In this document: in pieces, positions 12,143 through 25,610 of the stretch
Position numbering within the stretch: the stretch's first letter is position 1
Layout: each line of letters starts with the position of its first letter
NCBI GenBank assembly: GCA_951406725.2
Contig: OX597831.1
Coordinates: 25,668,001 to 25,732,000, forward strand
Length of the DNA: 64,000 nt
DNA from: Octopus vulgaris
Lineage: Eukaryota
Reading direction: 5' to 3'
The notes under the pieces: model-generated
The model's database searches: none
What the model saw: only the letters and a program-made list of their open reading frames with translations
What the model was told of the DNA's origin: nothing
Made by a program: the position numbers and the translations under genes

Positions 12143-12717
12143 ATATATCATGTCTTCTAGTTTTCATTTAGAAAGCTAAATATGGAAAAGAAAAAAGTTT
12201 AGCAAGTAGACATCTTTTAACTCAACTGTTTATTTTATTTATTTATTTTGGTTTGTATATATTTGCATAACGGAATGTGGCTCAGAGTTTATAGATAGAT
12301 ATATTACTTTTGCTCAAATAGATGTAGACATCTGCTGTGGGCTTCACTATATAATGTATTTGAGTATGTGTGTGTGTGTGTGTGTGTGTGTGCATGTGAA
12401 CATGTGTTTATATATATATATATATATATGTGTATATATATATGTATATATCTTTATAATTGTTGTTGATATGTATATGTAAGTATATATATGAGCTGTG
12501 TATATTTGTGTAATATATTTGCAAACACTATGAGAAACCAAATCTGAAACAGTGTACTGACATAAAATGTAATTACACAACCAAGATGGATATATTCATG
12601 AATGTTATTATATAAAAATATATACATTTATATAAATACATGTGTATATTATTCTGTTTCCATATATGATTATGTTTGTGTGCACACTCACACACAAACG
12701 CTTGCATGCATGCACAG

Positions 12718-12751
<34 letters not shown>

Positions 12752-13259
12752 CAAAGAGAATACATTTGTTTCAATTTAACTTGTCAGTGTTTAACATTTC
12801 CATTCTGATTGTCCATTTATTAATTAATGTGTTCTGTCCAATAATTAATCCAGTAATTAAGCCAAAAACTCTACAGTCCTTCCATTCACATACTGCAAAA
12901 TTATTCCAGCATCCCTCTTTTTCTCCCCACTATCTCCCACTCCCCTCCCTCTCCTCTTCTTTCCTTCACTCCCTCTTTTCTTTTCTCTCTCTCTCAAACA
13001 TACATACACACACAAGACCACTGTGACGACCAACTGTTTCAGACTGTGATGAATCTGGAGACAGTTTGTGATCTCCCCATATAAAACAGCATGCAAGTTG
13101 TAAGTAAGCTTTGAAATGAAATACACAGACACGTTCATCCCCCTCTCCACCCCACACACATTCTTAACATGAAATAGGTTATACTTTCTCAATTTTGCAG
13201 TTCAATATAATCATCTCATCCCCCACATTTTCTCTCTCTTGTTCTCTCTCACTCACCTT

Positions 13260-13612
<353 letters not shown>

Positions 13613-13851
13613 CCAGCTTATGTCAAAACTTCATATATATCACATCTCATATCTACATTGCTTGCAATATTCTGCACTACTCTCACGTCCACAAAGGATG
13701 ATTGCAGACATCTTAGATTTTGTGAGTGGCTATATGAAACCTTATGAAGCGGGATTTCAAAACTTTTATCACATTTATAGATACACCAGATTCTATGCAG
13801 TTTCACTACAAGTGTATAAACATACCATGTATGTATGTAACTCTGTATGTA

Positions 13852-13904
<53 letters not shown>

Positions 13905-14063
13905 ATGTATGTGTGTTTGAAAATGTGTGTATATTTCTGTGAATGAGTATGCACATTAATCCGAGTTTTGTTTGTTTCAAGTAAATCTGTATGTGATCAC
14001 ACACACTAAAATACATAAATACATACACACAAATATATATATATGTTCTTTTATACATACATA

Positions 14064-14135
<72 letters not shown>

Positions 14136-15710
14136 CATATATATATATATGTATGTGTGTATGTGTGTATGTATGTATGAATGTATCTGTAAATATGTGT
14201 ATGTGTATGTTGAGTGTATGTATGTCATGTGCATGTATGTCTGTGTGTTTGTGTATATACATATATGCACATAGTCTTTTGAATATTTGTTTCTGTTTAT
14301 TGCATTTTTTTTCTTGCTGTCTATTGAATTTTGAAGAGTTGAATTATTACAATCTATTTTTCTCATTCTCCTAATACCATTTCAGTCTCATTGCAAATAT
14401 AATTTCTTGTTATTTTTGCTGAATTTGCACAAATTATTTATTGTTTTCAATTTGTATTATATTGACCTACTGTATGATTTTAGCAGGTTTTTTTTTTTTT
14501 ATTTCATGTTATAAATGATACAAGTTGTAACTATTTATTCTTCATGTTCTTATTCATATTCCTGTGCCCTCTTAAAAAAATAGAGATCAATAAATACAAT
14601 TTCATCCATTTATTTAATATTCTTTAGATGAATTTTCTTGATATTACATTTCAACACTTATCTAAAGATGTTTTGTATTTAGTCTTTTTGATATACATGC
14701 TTTCCTTGAGTCTCTGATAAAAAAACAAAATGTTTACAGAGGAAAAGATTGAATGTCAAAAATTTCAATTCTCTATTCTATTTTTAATTATATTCCAACT
14801 TGATCTTTGTATTGTTTGCTTATTTAAAAAACAATTGTGAGGAGAATTATCTCCCTTAGTCACCAATTATAATGTCTGTTTCTACTTGTTACATAAATGA
14901 TGCAAGCAAATGTGAGGCTTTAAATATTAAATTCTCACTGGATTTTACAGTAAGTAGTTGTAGAGTGTTATTGCAGCTCCCAAATGTGGAACATTCTCTC
15001 AATAGCCTTACATAATTTTGGACTTTCTTTGATATTATACAAAATAAAAGATGTAACCCAGAAAAGAAAAAGCTGTTTTTTTTTCTTTTTAAACAAGAGA
15101 AAACGTGTCTTTAAAATATTGATTTAAAACAAAAAAACAGAAAAGGAACAGAAAAAAAATTATATGAAGCCATTATGAAAGAAAATACGTATTATTTGTG
15201 TTGAAGTCAGGAAAATGTCTTTGTTTGGTAATATGTGATTATTGTAGTTCTTGCAGTATCAGGATTTGAAATAAATTGATAATTGAATTTTTTCAGTGCA
15301 TTCTTTCACTACAGTGTCTGCATGCATATATATTTATGAGTGTACCTGTATGAGTGTGTGTGTGCATGCATATGTGTATGTGTGTGTTTGTGTGTGTGTG
15401 TGTGTAGATATGTCTGCATGTATATATATATATATATATATATAAATATACATACATACACACAAATACGTATGCAGATATATCTGCGTATGCATATATT
15501 TCTGTATTTGTGTGTATGTATGCAAGCATAATCAGAATTCCACAATTCTATATTCATTAAATAAATTCTCTGAAAAAATTATTGGCTATTTTAAGTGTGT
15601 GTGTGTGTGCATACGTTTATATATATGTATATATGTATGCGTGTTTGTTTCAGTATGGCCACAGCTCTCAAACTGAAATGAGAGAAAAGAAAAAGATCTG
15701 TATGTTGTGA

Positions 15711-15747
<37 letters not shown>

Positions 15748-15752
15748 TATAG

Positions 15753-15836
<84 letters not shown>

Positions 15837-16283
15837 TCACACACATATAATTTTGATACGCATAGCTATTGATATATTGATATTAATATGTACACGCATA
15901 TAGATGTAGATATATTGATAACTATAATAAATTGTTTGACGTCAATATGTTATTTCTATTTCAAACCGATGAAATATTATTAGAAGTATAGAAATAAAGG
16001 AGAAAAACTGGGATGTGGTTGAAGATGGGGACCCACACATTTGTGTGAGTGAGGATTTAAAACAAACTTCCAACACCCCTCCTGCCACCTCTGCCAAATC
16101 TCTCTTTCATTAGTAGTTCTTGATATCATTTTATTTTGCATGGATTAAATTTATATTATAGGGTTTTTTTCTTAATAACAAGAACAAAAAAGAACATTAT
16201 TGTTTTTGTTATTAAATAATTATTAAAACAAAGAGATTGTTATTTTGGTTGTTATTATTTTTACTACTATAACTACCTCAGTT

Positions 16284-16287
<4 letters not shown>

Positions 16288-16327
<40 letters not shown>

Positions 16328-16907
16328 GAGTGAGAGAGCAGTGCATGCCATCAAAGTGACACTGGGGTAAAATATATGAAGCCCAGTATACTCATCATGA
16401 CTACCCGTCTGGAAAGGGTACACCAGGCATATGCATCACAACCATATGTGCACAACATGGTGATCTCATATCAAGATAAACAGCACATGACCTTGCAGGT
16501 GGGGCCCAGTTAGAATTTTCTTCAGGTTGGGTAGCCCATCCCACTCAAAAGGTCCCTGAATAAGGGTTGTTTAAGGATCTTGAACAAAACCCCCATGTTT
16601 CCAGAGGTGAATTATCCAAACCCCAAAGAATTCCTTTCAACACATGGCTATGATGCTCCCCCACTACTTCTGCTTGTGATCAGAGATACACATATCGTCA
16701 ACCACCAAGAGACATGCTCAACTGGTTCAGGTCAAGCAACTGACAAGCAAATCTGTTTTATTGAGTAGAATATTTGCTGTAGCCTATCTTTTATACCAAG
16801 ACAAAACAATTTTTATAACATTTCCAATCAATTAAGATTAGAAGCCATGAGAGTCACTGCCTGGAACTGCATATTATTATTATTATTATTATTATTATCA
16901 TTATTAT
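16288..16907 (-). mobile_element. Group E retroposon 3' end embedded in (TAA)n
   Basis: The first part of the body (16328-16872) is highly similar to 36991-37331, and (TTA)n lies on both sides. Confidence 0.75.
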
Positions 16908-17183
16908 GTTAGAATTTTTTTTAAAGTTATTGTTATTTGAAGCAAAGTTTTTTTATTCACAATGTCTCATTTTTCCCAAACAGAAGGAAGTAAATAATGA
17001 ATGCATCACTTTATAACAGTATTTATCTATTTTGGATTTTGTTTCTGCCGTGTTACCATTTTTATTGAAGATGGAATCTATTTTTTTAACTATTTAAAAT
17101 CAATATATGTATATATATATATACACACACACATACATGTGTGTGTGTGTGTGTGTGTATATATATGTATGTATATATGTATA

Positions 17184-17230
<47 letters not shown>

Positions 17231-17904
17231 GATTTTTATTTTATGAATGAATGAAATTTGTAATTAAATATATTGGAATACTGATCAATTTTGTGGAGAA
17301 TAATAGTCACTTTTGTCATTGATTGTACTTTTTATTACATATTGCAAAGCATATTTTTAATTATGTAATATATCAAATAGAATTTAGCATTGTTTCACTT
17401 CCATAGCTGCAAACAAAAGTTTGATTAGTTGGTAGATATTTGATAGCTACTGTCGATGCCATATACACATAACATCATCATTTTACATTGCCTCATTAGT
17501 GAATAGGTGAATAATTTTCGTATCAAAACTAAATATGCTAATAATCAGTCAAAGATTTGGTAGTATACCAGTCAGTCTGTTTCCCTGAGGAGGTTTAATA
17601 AACATGAAACATTGACGTAGCTGTCTCTATAGCTAGAATATCAGACTTACTCCTCACAGTACATTTCTATTTATTTTTTTAATGAGTCTAAATTTAGGAG
17701 TTCCTCTTAAAAAGAATTATTATCAATGCTAATCATTTTATTCTCTTCACAGATATTATTGTTTAAAAGTTATTTTTGGCTCATTACATTAATTATGGTA
17801 GTTTACACTTAATTATTTGTTCTTTGTGAAAAAGGGACTATTAGGAAAAACGCATACTCATTACATTTCCCAGTGTAATTATGTATACATTATCTTTTTG
17901 CTTT

Positions 17905-18138
17905 CTTATTTCTTTATTGCCCACAAGGGGCTAAACATAGAGGGGACAAACAAAGACAGACAAAAGGATTAAGTCGATTACATCAACCCAGTGCATAACC
18001 GGTACTTAATTTATTGACCTTGAAAGGATGAAAGGCAAAGTCGTCCTTGGCGGAATTTGAACTCAAAACATAAAGACAGACGAAATACCGCTAAACATTT
18101 CGCCTGGTGTGCTAACGTTTCTGCCAGCTCACCACCTT
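17905..18138 (-). mobile_element. Group A SINE, full length, with TSD
   Basis: Complete group A sequence, with CTTTTTGCTTTCTT repeated on both flanks. Confidence 0.88.
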
Positions 18139-18364
18139 ATTTCTTTTTGCTTTCTTGCCGCTTACCCCCAGATCAAGCCAATTAATTGGACCTATGATCA
18201 GAGACAGTTCTTCCCATATTTTTAGGTTTATGTTAAGGACCACATTTCCCAATGTGTTGGTCCCTTTTTAAAGGCAGCTGGGCATGATTTGATGGAGCTT
18301 CAAATGCTATGCTACACTGAGTAATTATAATCATAATCACATAGAGACACTCCAAAGGCTTTAA

Positions 18365-18546
18365 TAAAGTGGTTGGCATTAGGAAAGGCATCCAGCTGTA
18401 AGAACCAAATCAAAACAGACAGTGGAGCTAGGTGCAGTCCTCTCGCTTACCATATCCTCTATAACTGTCTAACTCATGTCAGCATGGAAAATAGATGTTA
18501 AATAATAATGATGATGATGATGATGATGATGAATATGATGATGATG
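18365..18546 (+). mobile_element. Group D retroposon
   Basis: GGTTGGCATTAGGAAAGGCATCCAGCTGTA..AGCATGGAAAATAGATGTTAAA followed by (GAT)n. Confidence 0.7.
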
Positions 18547-19030
18547 TTATCCATCTGAAATAGGAGTTTGAATCCTGCTACAGTTGACTTCATTTTCTTT
18601 TTTTTTTTTAATTCAATAAATCAGAAACAGTTAATGTTTGAGGATTGGTTCAATGACTATATACTCCAACTGAAAAATGTTGGTACTGTGCAATGTGAAA
18701 GGCAAGGAATTCTACACCATCATTCATTGGATTATCACAGACTAAGAAACACTTTTTTTAAGTGTAGCTTTTCTATATTTGAAATAGATATTTGAATTTA
18801 TTTGATTTCATATATGCAGATACATCCTTTTATTAGTTTCTGTCATTGAATTGTGGCCATTCTGGGTTTCTACCTTCAAGGGTTTTAATCAATAGTGTCA
18901 ATACTAGTGATTATTTTATTGATCTAGTCATGAAACCACTAAGTTGAAATGTAAATATCATGATATAAACAACATAAATAAGTCACAAATATATACGCCG
19001 GTATATAGATATGTATAAGATCTGTTATAT

Positions 19031-19078
<48 letters not shown>

Positions 19079-19845
19079 GTGTTCACATACACACACACAA
19101 GTGTGTGTGTGTGTGTATATATATATATGTATATATATATGTATGTGTATATATATATATATATATATAATAGATTTTATATATATATATATATATATAT
19201 ATAATAGATTTTATATATATATATGTACATTTACACATGTTTCTGAGGATTTTTCTACCAAAGTCTGCTTTCAAGTCATTAGACAACACACACACACACA
19301 CACACGAGTGTGTGTGTTTATACACATATACAAATTTACACGTTTCTGCAGGTTTTTTTTACCAAAGTCTGCTTTCAATTCATTGGATAACACATACACA
19401 CACACACACACACATACACACACACACGCGAACACACACACACACACATACACACATACACAATCGATTTAAACAGGTGTGCTCATCCTATTATTCTGTG
19501 CCATCTTTCATTCTTTGTTGATGAGGATTCTACAAATCAGAAGTTGCCAAGGAAAATCACGACTCACACATCCTAGTATGAGAAACTGACCACAATTGTG
19601 CCACAAAACTGTGTTCTAAATCCGCTGCTGTATTTTCTTTTTACATTCAATTCCAATGCTTTTGTAATCAGAGTAAATTTCAATGACATTACAAGTGGGA
19701 TTGGCAGATTAGTAGAAAACTGTATATTTTTTGGTCAAAGGGTAGACTAAAAGCTGGCATCATTCTTGCACATCAATAATTTTTCTTTGATTTCAATGTT
19801 GTGAAATTGAACAGGTAAATTTGTCTTTGAGATTTAGAAAACAAA

Positions 19846-20213
19846 ATAGGAGTGTCTGTGTGGTAAGAAGATTGCTTCCTAACCACATGGTTCCGGGTTC
19901 AGTCCCACTGCGTGGCACCTTCGGTTAGTGGCTTCTACTATAGCCTCGGGCTGACCAAAGCTTTGTGAGTGGATTTGGCAGATGGAAACTGAAAGAAGCC
20001 CATATAAATATATATGTGTGTCTGTGTTGGTCTTCCACCATCACTTGACAACCAATGTTAGTGTGTTTACATCCCCATAACTTAGCAGTTCGGCAAAAGT
20101 GACCGATAGAATAAGTACTAGGCTTACAAAAAATAAGTTCTGGGGTTGATTTGTTTGACTAAAGGTGGTGCTCCAGCATGGCTGCAGTCAAATGACTGAA
20201 ACAAGTAAAAGAG
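19846..20213 (+). mobile_element. Group B SINE
   Basis: Colinear with the other B copies. Confidence 0.85.
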
Positions 20214-20282
20214 CCATTAATATCAAGAGGGTAAAAAATTGAGCTAAATTATTTTCTTTGTCTGAAAAGCCCAACATCTTTA

Positions 20283-20602
20283 TATTTTATTAGTTCCTGC
20301 TGTTGGACTGTGGCCATGCTGGGGCACTGCATCGAAGGGTTTTAGTTGAACAAGTCAACCCCTGTACTTGCTTTTAAATCTGGTGCTTATTCTATCAATC
20401 TCTTTTGTCAAAATGCTAAGTTACAGAGACATAAACAAACCAACACCAGTTTTTGAGTAGGGATGTGGAACAAACACAAACATAAACAAATACCCTCCTC
20501 TCTCTCTCCAGCTCTCACTCACTCACTCACTCTCTCTCTCTCTCACTCACTCACTCTCTCTCGCTATACATATATGTATGTATGTATGTATATATACACA
20601 CA

Positions 20603-20658
<56 letters not shown>

Positions 20659-20841
20659 TATATATATCTATATATATGTATTTATTTTGTGGGCTTCCAC
20701 ACAGTTTCTATCTGCCAAATTCACTCTCAAGGCATTGGTTCAACTAGGGCCCTAGGAGAAGGCACTCGCTTAAGATACCATGCAGTGTGACTGAACCTGA
20801 ATCCATGTGGTTGCAAGCAAGTTTCTTAACCACACAGCTAT
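20283..20841 (-). mobile_element. Group B SINE, diverged
   Basis: GACTGTGGCCATGCTGGGGCACTGC ... CCACACAGCT with an expanded internal microsatellite. It lies tail-to-tail with the 19846 copy. Confidence 0.7.
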
Positions 20842-21934
20842 ATTTACACTATGCTAGTAATATGTATGCCCTGGTGAAAAATAATACCAAGTTAACCTTT
20901 ACTATCTCCAGAATGTAAGGAGATCAGGCTGTTGTGGTTTAATCCCTTATTAACCTTAATTATGAAATCAACTGATCAGAGATATTCCAACTTTGATTAT
21001 CCTGGTTTTTGTTCCAACAGTTCTTCTAGTACTTCGTTATCCATTCTGTCAATTTTTCCGGGGTATATGTTTCTTGAGAAAAATTATTGCTGCTGTTTTT
21101 AGCAGGTTGAAGGACCACATAGAATGTTCCCTCATTGGCTCATAAGGAAATTAGAATAGAGTTATAGTCAATGAATAACTTTTACTGTTGCATGGTTGAT
21201 CAACTGTTTTTCAGAGTAAATTACTGTTTTCTTTGGTTACGTAACAACGCAAGAACAAAAATCTCATGAGAAACTCAGAAAATACTTGATGTCCTCCTTT
21301 ACAATGTGAAAAAAATATATCTCACAAACCGCAATGTTTCCATTCTTTATGCATCACCGACAACTAAAAATATTCTTTTGTCAATGTATTCACTTCTCAG
21401 AGTTCAGGATTTAAATTTTAGTCTTTGAAGCAAAGCAGCAAAACATTTCGGTAAAGAGTCTTAACCTTAGCATTGAACAATCAATCAGAAAGCCACCAAG
21501 CTCAACAGTCCATTACTTAATACTCTAAACTTTATCACTGCCCGTCTTCCACTTCTTTTGACTTTTTCTTTCATGTGTTTTCTTACCATAATATCAAAAG
21601 TACTAAACATTTTAAGGCAAATTTCATCATAGGTAGACAACTGCAGCATATGGCGATAAGCACATTCTATTCTGCATCATGTATTTCTCATATATTTCAT
21701 CTATTTTTGCATATTGTTTTAAGTCTGGTGTGATTTGAAGGAGATTTAACTACTGTTTCTAGCCGGTAAAGCAATGTTATTGTTACATCCGCATTTCATT
21801 TCATTAAGCTTGTCTACTACACTGAGTTATAAATTTTTATGTTTAGTTTTCTTTAAATAAAAGAAGTGTGCTACCTACAGAATTAGTACTGCTATCTCCC
21901 CCACCACCAACACACACTTGCAACACACAAAAAT

Positions 21935-22345
21935 ATTGGTTCCAAATTTTAGCACAAGGCCAGCAATTTCGGGGTAGGGTAAGTCGATCGCATCGACCTC
22001 GGTACTCAACTAGTACTTATTTTATCGACTTCAAAAGGATGAAGGGCAAAGTCGACTTTGGCAGTATTTGAACTCAGAACTTCAAGATGGATGAAATGCT
22101 GCTGAGTATTTTGCCCAGGGTGCAAATTCTTCTGCCATCTCACTGCCTTACAACATACAAAAACATTAACTTCAAATTTTGACACAAAGCCAGCAATTTG
22201 TAGGTGGGGATTTCAGTCAATTACATCGACCCTCCATACTCAATTGATACTTATTTTATTGACCCCAAGGGGATGAAAGGCGAAGTCGACCTTGGCAGAA
22301 TTTGAACTCAGAATGCAAAGATGGAAGAAATACCACTAAGCATTT
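21935..22345 (-). mobile_element. Two tandem group A SINE copies (tail type 2)
   Basis: Two GGATGAA.GGC.AAGTCGAC..TTTGAACTCAGAA cores. Confidence 0.75.
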
Positions 22346-22354
22346 GATCCTGCT

Positions 22355-22473
22355 AGTTTGCTTTGGTCAGACAGGGCTATAGTAGAAGACACTTGCCCAA
22401 GGTGCCACACAGTGGGACTGAACCCGGAACCATGTGGTTCATAAGCAAGCAACTTACCACACAGCCACTCCTA
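22355..22473 (-). mobile_element. Group B SINE head fragment
   Basis: GCTATAGTAGAAGACACTTGCCCAAGG..CCACACAGCCACTCCT. Confidence 0.8.
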
Positions 22474-22689
22474 TAGTATAATTGATTTATTACTCATAAA
22501 CTTTAAAAACAAAATATTTTACAGACCCCTAAGGATCGAGAACCATTGGTATAAATGAAGAATCTGTGGGTTGCTCCTCACCATTTGGTCAACAACGTTT
22601 GAGCCATAGGATTCTTGGAGCAAGGCTGACCTGAAGCTACACAACAACTAATGATTTTCAATCTATGTTTATAAAGGAGTAAAGAGCCC

Positions 22690-23016
22690 CTTTAGTCATG
22701 ACTGACCATGGGATTGAACCTAAAAAGCTCCTCTCCGAAGTATAAGTCTGGGCAAGGTTGTTTATGGAAGAGCAGCAGTCGCTCTTGCATACTAGCCACC
22801 CCTCTCCATGTCACAGATGTTATCCAAGGGAAAGGTGAAGGGGCAAGTACAGCTTGGCACCAGTGATGTTGCAACTCATTTCTATGACAGAGGGAACATG
22901 GAGCAATGTGAAATAAAGTGTCTTGCTCAAGAACGCAACACACAGTCCAGTCGAGAATTCAAACTAACAACCTTGCAATTACAAGGTGAACTCTCTAACC
23001 ACTAAGCCATGTGCCT
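22690..23016 (-). mobile_element. Group C SINE (tail 1)
   Basis: Colinear with 3350-3665. Confidence 0.8.
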
Positions 23017-23391
23017 ACTCAAACCATGTTTGTATAAGGCTCACTTTATAACAAATGTAAATATTTTGGCTTTGTGCTTAAAGTAAAAATGTTTAATAAA
23101 TAATAGTATTCATTAGTATTTTATATATAATTTTTAGTCTGTAAATTTAGATAATTAAAACTACAAAACATTATGCAATACTTAGTTCTTTGTTCAAAAA
23201 ATAAAGCATTGTTATTGATTATTTATATTAAAAAATTCTGTTTGTTTTTATCACAATATAATTTTATTGTTTTAATGGCCCACCTCTAAATACATATGCT
23301 ACATATTGCAGAGCACCAATGTGCCGCAATGCACCATTAGGAAACCGCTGTTTTAGACAGTGCATCATGTACAAACAATTTAGACATATTT

Positions 23392-23820
23392 TTATTTCTT
23401 TTTTATTTCTTTACTGCCCACAATGGGTTACACACAGTGGGGACAAACAAGGACAGACAAACGGATTAAGTTGATTATATTAACCCCAGTGCGTAACTAG
23501 TACTTATTTAATCGACCCCGAAAGAATGAAAGGCTAAGTCAACCTCAGCGGCATTTGAACTCAGAACGTAGCAGAAGACGAAATACCTATTTTTTTACTG
23601 CCCACAAGGGGTTATACACAGAGGGGACAAACAAAGATAGACAAACGGATTAAATCGATTATATCGACCCCAGTGTGTAACTGGTCCTTATTTAATCAAC
23701 CCCGAAAGGATGAAAGGCAAAGTTGACCTCAGCGGAATTTGAACTCAGAACGTTGCGATGGGCGAAATACCGCTAAGCATTTTGCCTGGCGTGCTAACGT
23801 TTCTGCCAGCTCGCCACCTG
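23392..23820 (-). mobile_element. Dimeric group A SINE with 16-bp TSD
   Basis: One head plus two tandem bodies, with ATTTAGACATATTTTT on both flanks. Confidence 0.85.
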
Positions 23821-24084
23821 ATTTAGACATATTTTTGTGAGAGGGTTACTATCGTGAGCTTTAAAAATCTGTGATATGATGGATGTCTCACTCCATACAG
23901 AACCATCATACAATTTGCTCATCACTTAGTGAGTGAAACCCTTCAGTGTTGTAATTAGCATCTATTCGGCACTCAACCAACTTAACTGAGCAGATCTATG
24001 GTCAGAGGCAATCCATGACCATCTAGTCTTTTTCTTATCTACAGGAAACCTAAGACTATATTATTCAGCATCTTCTATCTTTTG

Positions 24085-24502
24085 TTTGTATCAGTCATTG
24101 GACTGGCCATGCTGGGGCACTACCTTGAAGGGTTTAGTGAAACAAATTTTCCTCAGAACTTGATCTTTTTTAAAACCTCGTACTTATTCTATTAGCCTCT
24201 TTTTGCTGAATCGCTAAGTTATAGAGATGTAAACAAACCAATATGGGTTGTCAAATGGTGTTGGGAGTACAACCACCAACTGAAAGTCACACACAAACAC
24301 ACATACACTCACAAACACACCACACACTCACAATATGACAGGCTTCTTTCAGTTTCCATCTACCAAACAAACTTAAAGCTTTGATTGGCCCAGAGTTATA
24401 GTTGAAGACACTTGCCCAAGGTGCCACTTAATGAACTTGAATGTGAAACCACGTGGTTAGGAAGCAAACTTCTTCCCATATCACACAGCCACGCCCATGC
24501 CT
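24085..24502 (-). mobile_element. Group B SINE, diverged
   Basis: Colinear with the B consensus seen in the other copies. Confidence 0.75.
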
Positions 24503-24725
24503 ATCCTGTCCATTTTTTTTAAAATGAGTAAGAGTATGATTTCAGAAAAATTTGGCTGCCGTTTCTAGTTGGTTTTGGACATTAGCTTGAAAATCTTTTT
24601 GTTGCCAACCGAAGTAATAGATCATTGAACTTTTCCACCTATCACAGACTGTTACATTTTAGTAACACCCACCTTCTCTGCTGTCTCTTAATTAAATTGA
24701 CTTTGAACCTTCTAGTTAAATCAAT

Positions 24726-25380
24726 ACAATAACCTCTCGCCATATCGCGGTTCATCTATCGTGGTTTATTATTTAAGCTTACATCGATTCCTTTTATAAT
24801 AAAACAAATATATACAATTTATAAAAATACAAAAAAGTATACCTAGAGGCCAAAAAATTTTTAAATTATAAAGATTAAAAAAAAAAAAAAGTATGGGCAC
24901 AGGAGTGGCTGTGCGGTAAGTAACTTGCTTACGAACCACATAGTTCCGGGTTTAGTCCAACTACGTGGTACCTTGGGCAAGTGTCTTCTACTATAGCCTC
25001 GGGTTGACCAAAGCCTTGTGAATGGATTTGGTAGATGGAAACTGAAAGAAGCCCATCATATATATATATGTTTGTGTGTCTGTGTTTGTCCCCCCAATAT
25101 CACTTGACAACCGATGCTGGTGTGTTTACATCCCCATAACTTAGCGGTTCGGCAACAGAGACTGATAGAATAAGTACTAGGCTTACAAAGAATAAGTCCT
25201 GGGGTCGATTTGCTCGACTAAAGGCGGTGCTCCAGCATGGCCACAGTCACATGACTGAAACAAATGAAAGAAAAAAATAGAAAGAAAAATACAGTACAGT
25301 ACTGTTTCTTCTTTGTGGATTTTCACCTATCGCAAGGTGGTTTGGAGCATAACACCTGTGGTAGTCAAGGAATTACAGTA
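24726..25380. mobile_element. Tigger/pogo-like MITE interrupted by a group B SINE
   Basis: Degenerate TIRs TACAATAACCTCTCGCCATATCGCGG and CCTGTGGTAGTCAAGGAATTACAGTA, with TA ends. Confidence 0.55.
24894..25275 (+). mobile_element. Group B SINE
   Basis: Full-length copy directly after an A-run. Confidence 0.88.
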
Positions 25381-25409
25381 ATTATAATAAATAACAAACC
25401 AATCATTTC

Positions 25410-25610
25410 ATCATTATCATCATCATCATTTAGCGTCCGCTTTCCATGCTAGCATGGGTTGGACGGTTCAACTGGGGTCTGTGAAACCGGAAGGCCGCAT
25501 CAGGCCCAGTCAGATCTGGCAGTGTTTCTACGGCTGGATGCCCTTCCTAACGCCAACCACTCCGTGAGTGTAGTGGGTGCTTTTTACATGCCACCCACAC
25601 AGGTGCCAGA
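25410..25610 (-). mobile_element. Group D retroposon
   Basis: (CAT)n followed by TTTAGCGTCCGCTTTCCATGCTAGC..GGATGCCCTTCCTAACGCCAACC. Confidence 0.8.

Noticed and set aside
13031-13068. Hairpin AACTGTTTCAGA/TCTGGAGACAGTT as a pre-miRNA
   Set aside because: The stem of about 12 bp is too short, and I recall no matching conserved miRNA.
22510-23350. hAT-like ends (GAGAACCATTG at about 22540, GGAAACCGCTG at about 23345)
   Set aside because: Only single right-end-like motifs were seen, and I could not pair them with left ends or TSDs.
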